Positions 33,801 to 46,500 of a stretch of 64,000 nt of DNA are shown here, piece by piece. The translations under genes and the position numbers were made by a program. How positions within the stretch are numbered: the first letter of the stretch is position 1; each line of letters starts with the position of its first letter. This stretch comes from Corallochytrium limacisporum Hawaii. Its lineage: Eukaryota > Protista > Pluriformea. A model generated the notes under the pieces. It saw only the letters and a list, made by a program, of their open reading frames with translations, did no database searches and was not told the origin of the DNA. The stretch covers positions 496,001-560,000 of the forward strand of contig PDIP01000003.1 of assembly GCA_002811645.1 (NCBI GenBank), in the 5' to 3' direction.

Positions 33801-36800
33801 TGTGAACTAGAGGCATACGACAAGTGTTCTTAGTCCAATTGCCATGACTTTTGTGTCACGCTTTCTGCCTAATGTGATCTACGGACTGATTGAAGAAACA
33901 AATAGACGTCGACGGCTCATTAACATGCGTAAATTTGGGGTCACTGTCGCTGTGGTATTCCATTGTTGCACTGCTTCTTCGCATATTTGTTGGCCACCCC
34001 CAAGGTTCTAGAGTTCTCAACATGTTACTGAACATTCTTCATTTGCATGTCGTTCATATTAAACGACTGCCAAATTGTAGAAGACGTCAATTCGAAATCG
34101 CTGTGAAGGTGTGAGGGCAAAAAGGAACAACTTTTATTCCTGTGGGACGTCACCTCACACAATGTCACGAAACATCTAGCTGTGTCTGCGAGAAGGTGGA
34201 ACTCACGCGAGCATCAGTTTGAAACCAATGCTCATAATTTTTCCATGTCTTTTAACGCAGATTAACTTAAGAAATCGTGGTTTCGACGAATCCCGCTCGG
34301 TAGTTAAAGGAGCGGAGACTCAAAGAGGCTTCTGGCCGAGAAAAACGAAAGGGTTAGGTTGAGACATCTACATATTGCTAAGCACTCTTAGGTATACGAA
34401 TGGAGTTTTGGAATACAAACTACACAGCAAGGAATACTCACGAGAGAAAACAGAAGGTTGGGAACCGCAGTCGTTGTCGCAATCTACCAGTGTACGTGAT
34501 GTCGGCAGTCTGCTTCCCTTTGCCCCCTTTTTTAGCTTCCTCATTCTCTCCTTTCATTGCAAAATTTTCAAAGGTCATGCCGTAATATAATTTATACGTT
34601 TGACAAGCTTTCCATAGATAAAAATAGCAAAATTTCCTGACCGACATGCATGCACAAACTGTGTTGACAAGCATAGGAAGACCATCGGCTCACACGCAGC
34701 ATGCGTGCTCAAGAAACAGAGTGACAGCAGAGTTTGAACAATACTGCAGCAGACAATTAGGGAGGTAAGCAGGTTTGCTTGTGTAGCACACCATTTTTCA
34801 AAAGAAAGTGGTGCTACCTGGTATTCAGTAAATTGCCCAAAGTGTTCAGCGGCCTTCCCAAAAGGAACAGTACAACAGTTACTGCTTAGTATAAGTGTCT
34901 CTGTCCCCCAAACTTACTGTGATCCTTAGTGAAAATCAAGGTCGCTTCCGTTTGTACTTGATCTGTATATGTCAAGGAGAGAGGCTAGGGTTGTGAAGTA
35001 TGGTCTGACACTAGTATATGTATAACATGACTGGATAAACGCAAGGAAATCTTTAGTCTTGGGAATTTTGAAGCAACTACTCAAGCGGGGGCGTATCTTG
35101 TCATGATGAAAATGAATTATAATATATGTATATATAGAGGATTCTTTCTCAGTGTTTCAAGGCTGTAGAGTTCAGTGTGCAGATGTGAGTACTAGATGAG
35201 GAACACAACGGAGGCGAGCCAAACATGCAGCTAAATCAACAGAGGACAGCGGTAGAGCCCACGCAGAAAAACCGGGAAAATACTTATTCATATTATAGCA
35301 GCAACTCCGGTTTTCACACATGGAATACATGGTTGTATCCAAACGGACATGGCGTGCCACGAGAGAGTATGTGCAAAGTATCACTAATTCATTCTTGCTA
35401 TGTGCCTATCCGAAGCGTGTGTTCTAGTGTGTAGTCTCATGCGTGTCTCTGTTTGTATTAGCTGCTGATGCTGGGATTCAGCATCACATCATCACACAAC
35501 AACCACCGCAACGACAACAGCAACACGACACAGCAACACCAATACAAACATCCGGTGTAGTTCAATAGTGACCGGCATCATGTTTTCGTTCCCACCCACG
35601 CACAGGGCGCCATTGAGACATCTCGTGGGCTCCCTGTGTCCTCCTTTCCTTCTTCTCCATTTGCGGGCAGGGTCAAAGCTCGGAAAAGGGAGTGTTCTAA
35701 ATAACACGGCAGACCGCTCTTTGCATTGCCTTTGTGTCACTCCGTTGGTGTGGTCAATGTTCCGCCCGGTTTGGTTTCGTCGCGCTGTCACTGACCATCC
35801 AACCGACATGGTTCATCACCGGCGTCCCTCGACACCTCGGAGAATTGTGTGAGAAGTCTGAGGGATGTTCGAAACCAAAAAGAGAGCTCCAGCACAACTC
35901 TATATACTACCGTCGGATGAGACATACCAACCCACGGCTATGTTTGTGGCGTAGTGGACTTTGCAGTGGGGCTCGTTCGGGAACCAGCGGTGGTTGAACA
36001 TTTACCAGAAAGCGTTTACACAGAACGAGGAATTCCCATTCACTTGGATGGGTGGGCGGTGGTGGTACGAGCCCCCCACCGAAGTCTTACTACGAATCAC
36101 TTTCGGCCGCTTCAGGAAAAGCGGAAAAGCAACGGTTTTTATTCATCGTCTCAATGTCGTCCGAAAGGGCATTCTTGTGTTCGCAGCTGTCTATGCCCGG
36201 AGATTTCTGTTACCACAAACCTCTCCTTTGCCGGAGACCACACCGAACCGCAGCCAAGGAAATTTGCCATTTTGGAAGTAGAATGACTCCGAACTAGTGA
36301 GCTTCAGTAGAACGGTGGGACAGAATCAACTCAAGGGACGGAGACACGGAAGGAAGGTTAAATACGGGAGTGGAGAAAATTGCGGAGGCAGAAGGGGAAA
36401 TTTTGACCGGTAAACGTGCGTAACACCACTGGCACGACACCACACACCATCCCGACCGTAAGGCATTCCAATGGTACTAAAAAAGGGAACCCGAGCTTTG
36501 CTAGAGAGGCAACACATTAACGTCCAAGATCACATCCAACATCCAAGTGTGGGGAGGCTCAACCGAAAAGGCAGCGGCTCGATGGTTGGGACAAGAAGGA
36601 CACGTCTGCTCCTGAGGTACCTGTGATCCCACTTGACCACACATCACGAGTTAACGTCCATCTCCAAGGCGCCAGTGAATGGAAAGTGCCTGACATGGTC
36701 AAAAAGACGATGAAGATCTATTTCCCCTTGTTATGAATTAACTCAACTTTCTGGACGATTTCCCAAATTGAACATCGAAAACACATGCGCAGCACATCAT

Positions 36801-39782
36801 CAAGCAACCAACGATAGTTTGGACTCTCTCAAGGTACACATACGCGCAACTTCGTAGTCAGCAAATGGACTTCATTAGTTTAATCTCCCTTTTTCAGAAA
36901 ACGGTAAGTGTGCGAACGAGTCTGTGCCTTCACCGTCTCTGTCCTAAGTATCAAACCATTTGGACACAGACCTGCACGATCAGAACCCGACGTTTGTAGT
37001 CGTTGACAGACCAACTGTGTTGTGAGCAAGAATATTTTTGCATTCATTCGAACTCTAACTGTGAAATCCATCTGGATGCTCTCTGTTTAGCAGACCATAT
37101 CAATTTACGATCAGCACCGTTCGAGTTTTGCAACACCTACGTCTGGACTTCGATACCGAAACGCTGGGCAACACATGGACCTGATAACACCACTGCCGTG
37201 AGTGTGTGTACGTGTATTACAATATGAAGAAGAATCTGTCTGTCGTTTGTCTCTTCCTGACGCAGTGCCGTATGTGCCGTTGCGCGATCTGGGGTAGGTA
37301 AGCCAATTCTTCCTTCATTCCCATATGTACCCCTGAAAATGCATATATTTTGTATAAAGGAAGCGATCAGACGAAAACTTGAATTCTCGCTCAAAACCAC
37401 ATGGATCTCCTTTTTTTGGAAACAGAAGTGAAGAACTGGCGCATAAAACAACAAAGGTATTTCTCACAGAGATCTTGAAAACCCTTGGAAATCTCTCGCC
37501 AGGTCTAATCTAAGTGACTTTTTTGGTCTTTTCTGAAGGGTCTTACCTTGAATTTTAGTGGGTTTACTTTGCATTGCTCAAATTTCTTCATCATTCTGTC
37601 TAAACGTTTGAGCACGGCACCAGCACCGACCCACTCTCCCAAAAATATTTAGAAAACTTTCTTTCTCCTACCCTAACAAGAACGGCCCGTCAGCTTGTTT
37701 CGGCGATAGTATACAGCGAAGAACCACTCCTCCCTTCCGTGCCGGTAGCCCATTCACCCTGCACCAAGCACCACTCCAGGCCACGGTCAGCTGTATGTGG
37801 CCGAGCCAACCCCAACGGAAGCGTGCTCAGGCAACCAGTCAGGTGAATTTATACGGACTTTAACCCAATAGAGTAACAACAGCCCTCCACCATCGTCACA
37901 CAGCAGCATCAGCTCAAAACATCCCATCCAAACGGAAAGGATGGCGCATCCCTGCACCCATCACCGACCCAAACATAGCCATCGTCAACAGCCAATGCCG
38001 GCCAAGCAATCAAACAGGGTCATCATTGCGCGCTCGATCACTAGTCACAATACCTAGTGTACTTTGTAGACACAGCTTTAAATACCAGTGAAACGGAACG
38101 TTTACATTACACGAAGCAGAGAGACTCTTTCTGTAGGTCTTGCAGTCTCTTGACGTCCCCTGTTTTGCCCCTTTGCTGTTGTTCTTTGTTCAATCGCGCG
38201 CACTCTTATTATTCCCTGCTCTGGTTGTGGTGGTGCTGAGCAAGGGTCCCCTCTTGGCTTTCCTCGCGCTCTGTCTTCGGTCCTTTGTTAAAGCCTCCGC
38301 ATGGACCAATAAACACGCAAGGAACCCAAACTGAGGACAGCGAGGAGAGAAGGTAAACGTGCGCTCCCTTTATTTGCGGTGAGCGCCTCTTGAACCGCGG
38401 ACTCTTCCTTCTCCGTTCTTTGAAATTGCTGCCGCCCGCCCTGTGTCCGACAGAGAGAGTTCCGGCTTGTCTCTGAGTTGCGGAAATATTTCAAAGTAAA
38501 CCTGGAACAGCTGGGGACATCGAGCATCGGTGCCCCAGAGCCGCACAGAACAAAGAACAGCAAAAAATGGGCGAGGAGAATTTTTAAAAATTGAACACTT
38601 CCCCAAGAACTCCACGTAAACGTGAGTTCCGCTTTCACTTGAAAGTACTTTATTCGGCAGCTCGCGCCCACAGTGACTTCAACCAGTCATACCCGTAAGC
38701 ACCTCATGCCAGCACCCGGGCGGATAATTTCAAAATACATGGTGGGAAAGGTGGCAATAAAAGGGGGCATATCTTATACAATAGCCTAGCAAACAGGTCT
38801 GACCCCCTTTGTTGTTTGAAACTGCAAAGTCCTTTGCCTCAAATTGTTATACTTCTATCTGTAAGGGAGGGGGGGGACAAATGGAGAATGCCCTTTTTGA
38901 GCAGTGGTTGAAGTTTGAACCACCAAAGTACATGTGGGTGTTGATTTGTCGTTGCATGAATGTGCTGTTGAAATTTCAACAGATACCCGCATTCAACCAA
39001 CAATGGCCAATAGTCCGGGAGTTGAGGAAGGCCATAAAAAGCCATCAATTGCCAAAGGACGCGGGGAGATTAAGGGTGGAGAAGAGAAGGGGGGGGGAGG
39101 CCTACAGCAAGGAGCAGTACCTTAAAGGAGGGCGGACGGAGAGGGGAGAAGAAGAGGGGGGAGGGGAGGGGCGGGGGAGAGAACCAAACTGAGGGGGAAA
39201 AGGGGACCGGGGTCCGAAATGCACGGGAACCGTTGCTGTTTGGTTGTGTGTCTTTAACGCAATATGAACCCACCGCCTCCCACATCCTCTGAGTGAGGTC
39301 ACAGTGCATCAGTCACTAGCGAGGAGAGAGATGAGACAAAAAACCTGTGTCGTCCGAAGGATCGCTACATCCCTTTTCGTCCGTTGGACCCCCGCCCTTT
39401 AGTATCTCCTGCTGGTCTTGTCTGTGTGTTCCTATCTTGCTGATGGCTAATGGATGTGGTGGTTTGGATGCTACATGTCCAAGCAAAGACACTTGCAGAT
39501 GTATCCCTAGGATGCGCCTTTGCGGAGAGCGAGGGGAAAAGACAAGGGGCATTTTTGGGGAGGGGGGGGGGAGGGTGGTGTGTTGTTGGCACTATCTCCA
39601 CATTTAGAACTCTAGGAGAGAAGGGGAAAAGGACAAATAGCCAGAGGGGGGAAAAGGGGGAAACTTGCCGGTGGGCCACGAAAACTCGTATGTGTGTATG
39701 AATGGGGAAGGGAAGTGTGGGGGGGGAGGGTAGCGGAGAGAATCTTTCTGCTACCTTTGAATTCAGAGATGGGCGAGAGGAG

Positions 39783-40322
39783 NNNNNNNNNNNNNNNNNN
39801 NNNNNNNNNNNNNNNNNNNNNNNNNNNNNNNNNNNNNNNNNNNNNNNNNNNNNNNNNNNNNNNNNNNNNNNNNNNNNNNNNNNNNNNNNNNNNNNNNNNN
39901 NNNNNNNNNNNNNNNNNNNNNNNNNNNNNNNNNNNNNNNNNNNNNNNNNNNNNNNNNNNNNNNNNNNNNNNNNNNNNNNNNNNNNNNNNNNNNNNNNNNN
40001 NNNNNNNNNNNNNNNNNNNNNNNNNNNNNNNNNNNNNNNNNNNNNNNNNNNNNNNNNNNNNNNNNNNNNNNNNNNNNNNNNNNNNNNNNNNNNNNNNNNN
40101 NNNNNNNNNNNNNNNNNNNNNNNNNNNNNNNNNNNNNNNNNNNNNNNNNNNNNNNNNNNNNNNNNNNNNNNNNNNNNNNNNNNNNNNNNNNNNNNNNNNN
40201 NNNNNNNNNNNNNNNNNNNNNNNNNNNNNNNNNNNNNNNNNNNNNNNNNNNNNNNNNNNNNNNNNNNNNNNNNNNNNNNNNNNNNNNNNNNNNNNNNNNN
40301 NNNNNNNNNNNNNNNNNNNNNN
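39783..40322. other. Assembly gap (540 N) at the presumed GATA promoter, flanked by G-rich sequence
   Basis: N run. Confidence 0.99.
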
Positions 40323-40644
40323 GGGGGGGAGGGACGGGAGTGGAAAGAGAAGAAACTCGGGCATCTAAAGCGGAAAGGGCGCAAACCACCACTTGCCCAC
40401 TTTTCTCTTTCACCACCACACCAATCTCTACAAACCTGCTCCCCTATCTTCACATCGCACACATACACACACCCTCTCTTTCCTCCCTCTGTCTTTGTCG
40501 TGGCAAGAACCCCCTTTTGCGCGGCATCGTCGCTGACACTTTGCCAGTGTCTCTTCCAATCCGAAACGCCTAAGTCACCCCATCTGATAGTAGAAAGAAG
40601 AAAAAAAAGTCTACCTTTCACCCCGAGCAACTCGTCTCTGTTTA

Positions 40645-40952
40645 ATGTCGGGTCAACAGGGAACATCACTGTGCGTTGCGCGCTGTTCCCCTAGTCTCTT
40701 GTCCCTATTTGTCTGGTGACTCTCCAATATCCAGAGGATATGTCACAAAGGGTATAAGTGGATCGGAACCTTCGCTGCAGATCCGCGGTTGCGAAACAGT
40801 CAATGAGCTCCATCAAAATTGACAATGAACATCATTCTCCCTTCTTACACAGCGCACAACGTTATGGAGCAACTACCTGCAGGACCCACGCCACCGCCGC
40901 CGGCATCTCCCACCAAGGCTCTGGGCCAGAAGTCTCTTCTGACTTCCAGTGA
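40645..40952 (+). promoter_or_regulatory. Upstream ORFs of the GATA gene: 40645-40719 (24 aa), 40740-40757 (5 aa), 40803-40952 (49 aa, out of frame, overlapping the CDS)
   Basis: ATG and stop positions read directly; whether they lie in the mRNA depends on the unknown TSS. Confidence 0.5.
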
Positions 40953-42111
40953 CCAGAATGTGCCTCGCCGGGCGTCTGGAGTGAGCGTAGTGTCCTCAGA
41001 CAGCGAACCTAACAACCTTTTCCCCAACGCAGCAGAAAGCCAGGATCCCTTCCAGCGTTTCAAGAACTATTCGGTAGAGCAGTCACAGGCATTCAACCGC
41101 TACTATGATCGGGAAGGCGCAAACCAGCAGAACTTTGCCGCACAGAGCAACAACATGGGAACCGCGCAGACTTCGCTCAGCAATTATGATCCATTCCCGG
41201 CCAAGCAGGAACCCACTCTGAGCGCCGAGAACTTGCAGAGTGAAAACAAGCCGGAGACTCAGGTCGGTCTGGGCCAGACCGCGAGGCCCCAGCAGCAGTC
41301 TCAGGTTGACGCACCCACGGAGTTTGACATGGGCACCCGGTACCTGTCACTTCCCCACATTTTCCACTTCAACGAGCGGGACCCCCACCAGATGCAGCAG
41401 CAGAACGATATGCACAGGGACCCCACTCTTCCTCCCGTCAACAACAACCTGCACGGCATGCAAGATTTTGGCCTGGCCCAGTATGACCGTCGTGCCTCCC
41501 TTGCTGACGGACACATTGGCCACCGTGTCTGCCGTAACTGCAAGACCACCTCGACACCTCTGTGGCGCCGTGACAATGACGGAAACTTCCTGTGCAATGC
41601 ATGTGGACTCTATCTCAAGTCTTATCGCACCAACCGCCCCTTGACTCGCGTCCGGCACCAGAACAAGCCTGCCACCAAGGAACGCATTGAGTGCAAGAAC
41701 TGCAAGACCACAGACACTACCCTGTGGCGCCGTGACCCGGATGGTAACTCCGTCTGCAACCCCTGTGGACTTTACTACAAGCTGCACAAGACAAATCGTC
41801 CTCTCAGTTTGGCTACAAACGTCATCAAGACCCGTCAGCGCAAGGTAGATGGCAAGCGCCGCAAGTCTCAGGCAGCTGCTCGCCGCGCCAACCAGCAGGT
41901 CGATCTCATGAACCAGTTTGGTGGTCCTCAGCCCTTTGGCCAGGAACATCAGTTCCCTGGCATGCAGGGCTTTGGCCACGAGTTTGTCTCTAACCCTCAC
42001 CAGTTCCACGGTGGTGCCCACCTCTTGCAGCAGCAGCCCCAGCTGCACCAGCAGCATCAGTTGCACTCACAGGCACCGAATCTTGACCCTTGGGGCCAGC
42101 CGTTCAACTGA
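40825..42111 (+). CDS. GATA: GATA transcription factor with two C-X2-C-X17-C-X2-C zinc fingers (animal GATA1-6 architecture)
   Basis: Finger 1 [25 protein letters not shown] (41530-41604), 29-aa linker, finger 2 [25 protein letters not shown] (41692-41766), basic tail [15 protein letters not shown]...IKTRQRK; Q/P/N-rich flanks. Confidence 0.96.
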   Translation: MNIILPSYTAHNVMEQLPAGPTPPPPASPTKALGQKSLLTSSDQNVPRRASGVSVVSSDSEPNNLFPNAAESQDPFQRFKNYSVEQSQAFNRYYDREGANQQNFAAQSNNMGTAQTSLSNYDPFPAKQEPTLSAENLQSENKPETQVGLGQTARPQQQSQVDAPTEFDMGTRYLSLPHIFHFNERDPHQMQQQNDMHRDPTLPPVNNNLHGMQDFGLAQYDRRASLADGHIGHRVCRNCKTTSTPLWRRDNDGNFLCNACGLYLKSYRTNRPLTRVRHQNKPATKERIECKNCKTTDTTLWRRDPDGNSVCNPCGLYYKLHKTNRPLSLATNVIKTRQRKVDGKRRKSQAAARRANQQVDLMNQFGGPQPFGQEHQFPGMQGFGHEFVSNPHQFHGGAHLLQQQPQLHQQHQLHSQAPNLDPWGQPFN

Positions 42112-43542
42112 ACCTATCAAAAACAATATTCAAAAACTCGTTGACTTGACTTACATGACACGTACACTACACCTGATATAATAAACCATAACATGCATCG
42201 TTCATCACATACTATATCACCACGTCCCACCCGTTTGTCCAAATGCAGGCACTGTAATGGTCTCATCCGGACCGGCTACCCCCTTCTGGTCAAGGGGAAC
42301 ATTGCTTGGTCCTTCTTGGTCCTGACAACGGTACCTATGCTCTGCCAGTGAACATCAAGACATAGCATCATACAACCTTTAGTAATCACAATGAGAGACA
42401 CTGAATAGATGGCGAACATATAAATCCCGCGGAAGACATGGTAGACGACAGTGGGTCGTCCTACTACGGACATTGAAGATCTCCGTGGACATCCAACTTG
42501 GTAGCTGTTTACAATTTGCTGCTTCTGTGTGAATCGGGTAGACAGACAGATCCATGTCTGTCTTATGGGCTTATCAAGTTCGGTGTGGATCTTGCATGTC
42601 CGAGGGGACTTCGCCGATGGCGGCCCACAGGGAGCGGTCTGTGGGGGTAGGCGCGCCCCGCCCCCCGGAGAAAACCGGCGGGACCCTCGAAAGGATTGGG
42701 CTTGGCAAGTATCGGGGGGGTCCTCAAACTGGCTTTTTATTTAAAGGACACCCGTATAATAGAATATCCTTTGTTTTGTTGATTGTGAATTCTAAATGAT
42801 TGCTATTTTATGATATGATTGTAAATCGAATCAAGTTCTATATGTTCACTATGGCGTGTCAGTGTGCCAAATGACTCCATATACTCAAACCCCGAATTGT
42901 CGTTCTGATCAAATGGGTTCCTTGCTAGACAGAGGAGTCTGATCCATGATGGTAGTCCCGTTGGGTAGGTGCCAGAAGTTGGCTGTGTTTGTTGCTTAAG
43001 CTTTGACACCAAGCGACCACAATCACCATGCTACATGTCTGTATGTTCCGTTCAGTAAACAAGGAAATAAATTCTTCTGCTGTTCAGTATGCATACCCAC
43101 AACAGCCAAACCAGATGAGAAGCGGAGAAGACGATGCACCACGCAAGATCATGCATGCTTACACTCTCGTTCGTGACGATATCATTCCCCTTTGCCACAA
43201 GCTACTTTCTATCCATCCAACAGCGATCCCTCAAACAGTGATACTCATAGACCGACAGACGAGAGAGCTGGGATTCCATGGTACCTCCTCTTGTGTCCCC
43301 GTGTATCGGGGCCAAACCTTGCTCTGTCGATCTCACTCCGCAGACACGCATCGCTCATTGGCCAGAAATCACCTTTGCGTACGAGGACGGTAGAGCCAGC
43401 TCCCTTGGGCGGCGCGCTTCAGAAACGTCGTCCTCGCCTGCTTCCCCTCTCCTCCCCCCCCGCCCCAACCTACTCACTCCGTTACGACTCTCCTATTGCG
43501 TTCCCATAGAGACGTCGGCAAGTTGAGCCCGGCCGGGAAGAC

Positions 43543-43552
43543 NNNNNNNNNN
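43543..43552. other. Assembly gap (10 N) before a G-run
   Basis: N run. Confidence 0.99.
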
Positions 43553-46500
43553 GGGGGGGGTGGGGCGTTCCGTTGTGTGTGGTGTGCGCTGTGTTCTCTC
43601 TCCGCAATTTTTTTTTTCATTTTCGCAAAAACCGATACGCTCTCTCTCTCGCTCGCTCGTGTGGTCTTTGTTTTTGTTGCGGTGCCACGATTCCAGCGTT
43701 GTGCTGCTACACACCGCAAAAAAAAAAAATGGAAAGAGCAAAACGGACGTGGTTGTGCCCTTCCTTGGTTGGTTCGCCTGTCGGATCGTGCGTGGTTCCC
43801 GGTCTGGAGTGCTGCCTTGGTTGCTGGTCTGTGTGTTCTGGTGTCCTAGTACTGCCCTTTCTTTCTACTTTTTTCTTTCTAAGATTTCGTTGCGTTGCAG
43901 CAATATGACGTCGAACGGTACAGGACGGAACACAAGCCACGCACAGAGACATGCAGATTCCTCGTGGAGACAATGACTGCGCAACTTGTGCGCTCGTTTC
44001 CTGATGGCACGAAATTCCTTTTTTATGTTACTACTTTTTAAGCGAAATCAAAACAAACAAGAAAGAAAGAAAGAGTAAGTAAAGGAGAAAACGAAACGAA
44101 GCGAGTCGCACTTGCACATCATCATGACTACAGCTGTGTATTTGGTAACTAACACAGCGCGCACTACAAAAGAAAGTTAAATATATCATCGACCATCACA
44201 TCCGGATTAACTTGCCCGGAGGCGCTTGCCCTGGGGTCCCTCTCTCCTTTTTTTCATTTTTCTTTGGAAATCTCACACACATCGGAGAGCGTACGTTTGG
44301 GCGCAGGTTCTTGGGGACCCCGGCGTCAACCATGGAAAATAGTAGTATATTGAATACTGGAGAAGCAGGAGATGCAAGCATCTGCAGGGACTGACTGGGC
44401 TGGGGTACTCCCGTTTTCGCTGTCCCCCCCTCTTCCCCCCGGGGGGGGGGGCGGCTTGCGGCACACTGAACGGACTACCCTCCCACCGGCAGGTGGATAA
44501 GGAGCGCTCCAGCAGTCCAGACACCCTTAGCCGCTCATGTTGTGTGCGGCTATGATGGTCCCCGGTTGTGGAGAGTACTGGGCGATTTGGAAAAAAAAAC
44601 CCCCTCCCTCCCTCCACCGCAAAAACCGTAGGGCTTTGGAGAAAGTAGTGTCGCCCTGGAGCTCAGGACCCCGAGCAAGCACAACTGGTTGTTATAAGGA
44701 AAAAAAACTCTGCACATTTTCATCGCAACCCTCCTCTACCCCCCCTTTTTTACTGCGGAAGCGACCCGGAGGGGAAAGATTTAACGCGAAAGACTTTTTG
44801 GTTGTGTTTGGGGGCCGGCCCCCATGCCGCTGGTTCTAATAGGTCTGTAGCAGGTAATCCAACTCCACCTTATAACCAATTTACTGGGCGACTGGTGTGA
44901 TTCGTAAATATGGGCTACATTGCGCATTCTTGTGAGAACCCGAGGGGAGTCTCACCACTACACACCCTCTGCAAGTACATTCAATACTGGTACACACCAC
45001 CGCAGGTGTGTGAGAAGGGGCGGTAATCTTTGTCCGTCGTCGGTTTCGTGAAAACCTGCAAATATCACCCGTTTACCCTCCGTACGTTCAGTATATGACT
45101 AGTTATGGTCTCTGCTCCCGCACAGCATCCGCCACTATCAACCGCCTCTTGAAATTTTGTCCAAGCAGGTCACGAAAATAAAGGTCTATTCTGTAATCTC
45201 CACAGATCGAACCCCCTCCAATCTTTCTCCTACTCCATTGCGTGAGTATGTATAGGAGAGCAGTAAGTCTCGGATGGGACCAAAAAAAAAACCAGATCCT
45301 CTCCCCACCCACCACCTCTCTCCCTTCCTTCCGTGTTTGATACACCCTCGGGTTCAAAACCCCCCCCCCCCGGGACGGGCGGTGGTGGAACACGGCCTCC
45401 TTGCTTTTGTGGTTGTATTCTTTGAAAGTTTTAAGGGGTTCGTACGGGTCCCTCTCACTCTCTCTAACTCTCTAACTGCCCCTTCTTCGCCTGGGCCCGC
45501 TATGCCCCAAGATCAAGGCTTCCGGTTCTCCAAAGCCCAGGGCTATTTTAGCTTTTGTTGGGAAGCGAGAAGTACACACAAGAGAAGAAGTTGTAGAGAG
45601 AGAATAGGGGACGAAGGAGGATTTTTAACACCAAAAGGCAAGAGGAAAAAATAAGAAAAGAGCAGCTAATTTTTTTTGTATGGGTGTGTGTGCGTACACA
45701 CACCACTGTTGCCGACGGAAGCGGGAGATCTGAGTTCCGTTTAAGACCCAGTAGTCCCGCAACGGGCCGCCAGGAAAAGCAGGTGAAAGAGGAGGCCTAG
45801 ACTGCAGTAGAAAACTCTTACGATTTCCTGATCGGTGAATGGCTGGATTTACTTATTTTTTTTTTTGCAACTCTCCGTAACTCCCGCTTAGTCTTCGTGG
45901 TCGAGCTCCCGGGCGCTTGCTTCCGGCGCAGTGCTCTGTGACGGGCGGCGTTAAGGTTCCCTTCCCTTCCCTTCCGCCCATCTCCCCTCCCTCTCTCTCT
46001 CTTCTTTTTTTCTCAGGGCCCACAGTTTCAATACCCAACCAGACGCGACTGGGAACGGTTTTGGGGGAGGGGGGGGAAGCCTGCAAAGAGAGAGGGGGGG
46101 GGGAATGGTGGGAGTTGGGATGGTGATTTGCCTTTCGCTGCACTGGCATACTCCACCGGTGGGGTGGCTTGGGTACTCTCGGTCGCGCTCGTGTATGTCT
46201 TGTGTCGCCGTGGGGGGGGGAGAGAGAGAGGGTAAGGGGGGGTGTCAGGGGCGCTCCGTTGTTCGGAGCAATGTGGGTTTCCGTGCGTGTGCGTGTGTGT
46301 GGAGAAGGATTGCTTAAGCCTGCTTCCCCTTGTGATGCATGATAGGCTCACAATGTAAACAGTACGATAAAGGTTGGTGGCGAGAGTGGTGATGTATGTG
46401 TCTGTGTGTGAATGGCGAAAGCCTGCGACAGCCTTTCTCTCTCTCCCTCCCTCCCGTGTGTATCTCCCCTCTCCCCGTTCCCTCCCCTTTTTCTTTTTGC

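Noticed and set aside
39365-40694. ORFs spanning N-gaps (also 49366-50074)
   Set aside because: Artefacts of translating N runs.
20700-40700. Enrichment of WGATAR autoregulatory sites across the desert
   Set aside because: Sites occur (for example 40444 and 40585) but by eye not above chance frequency; needs counting.
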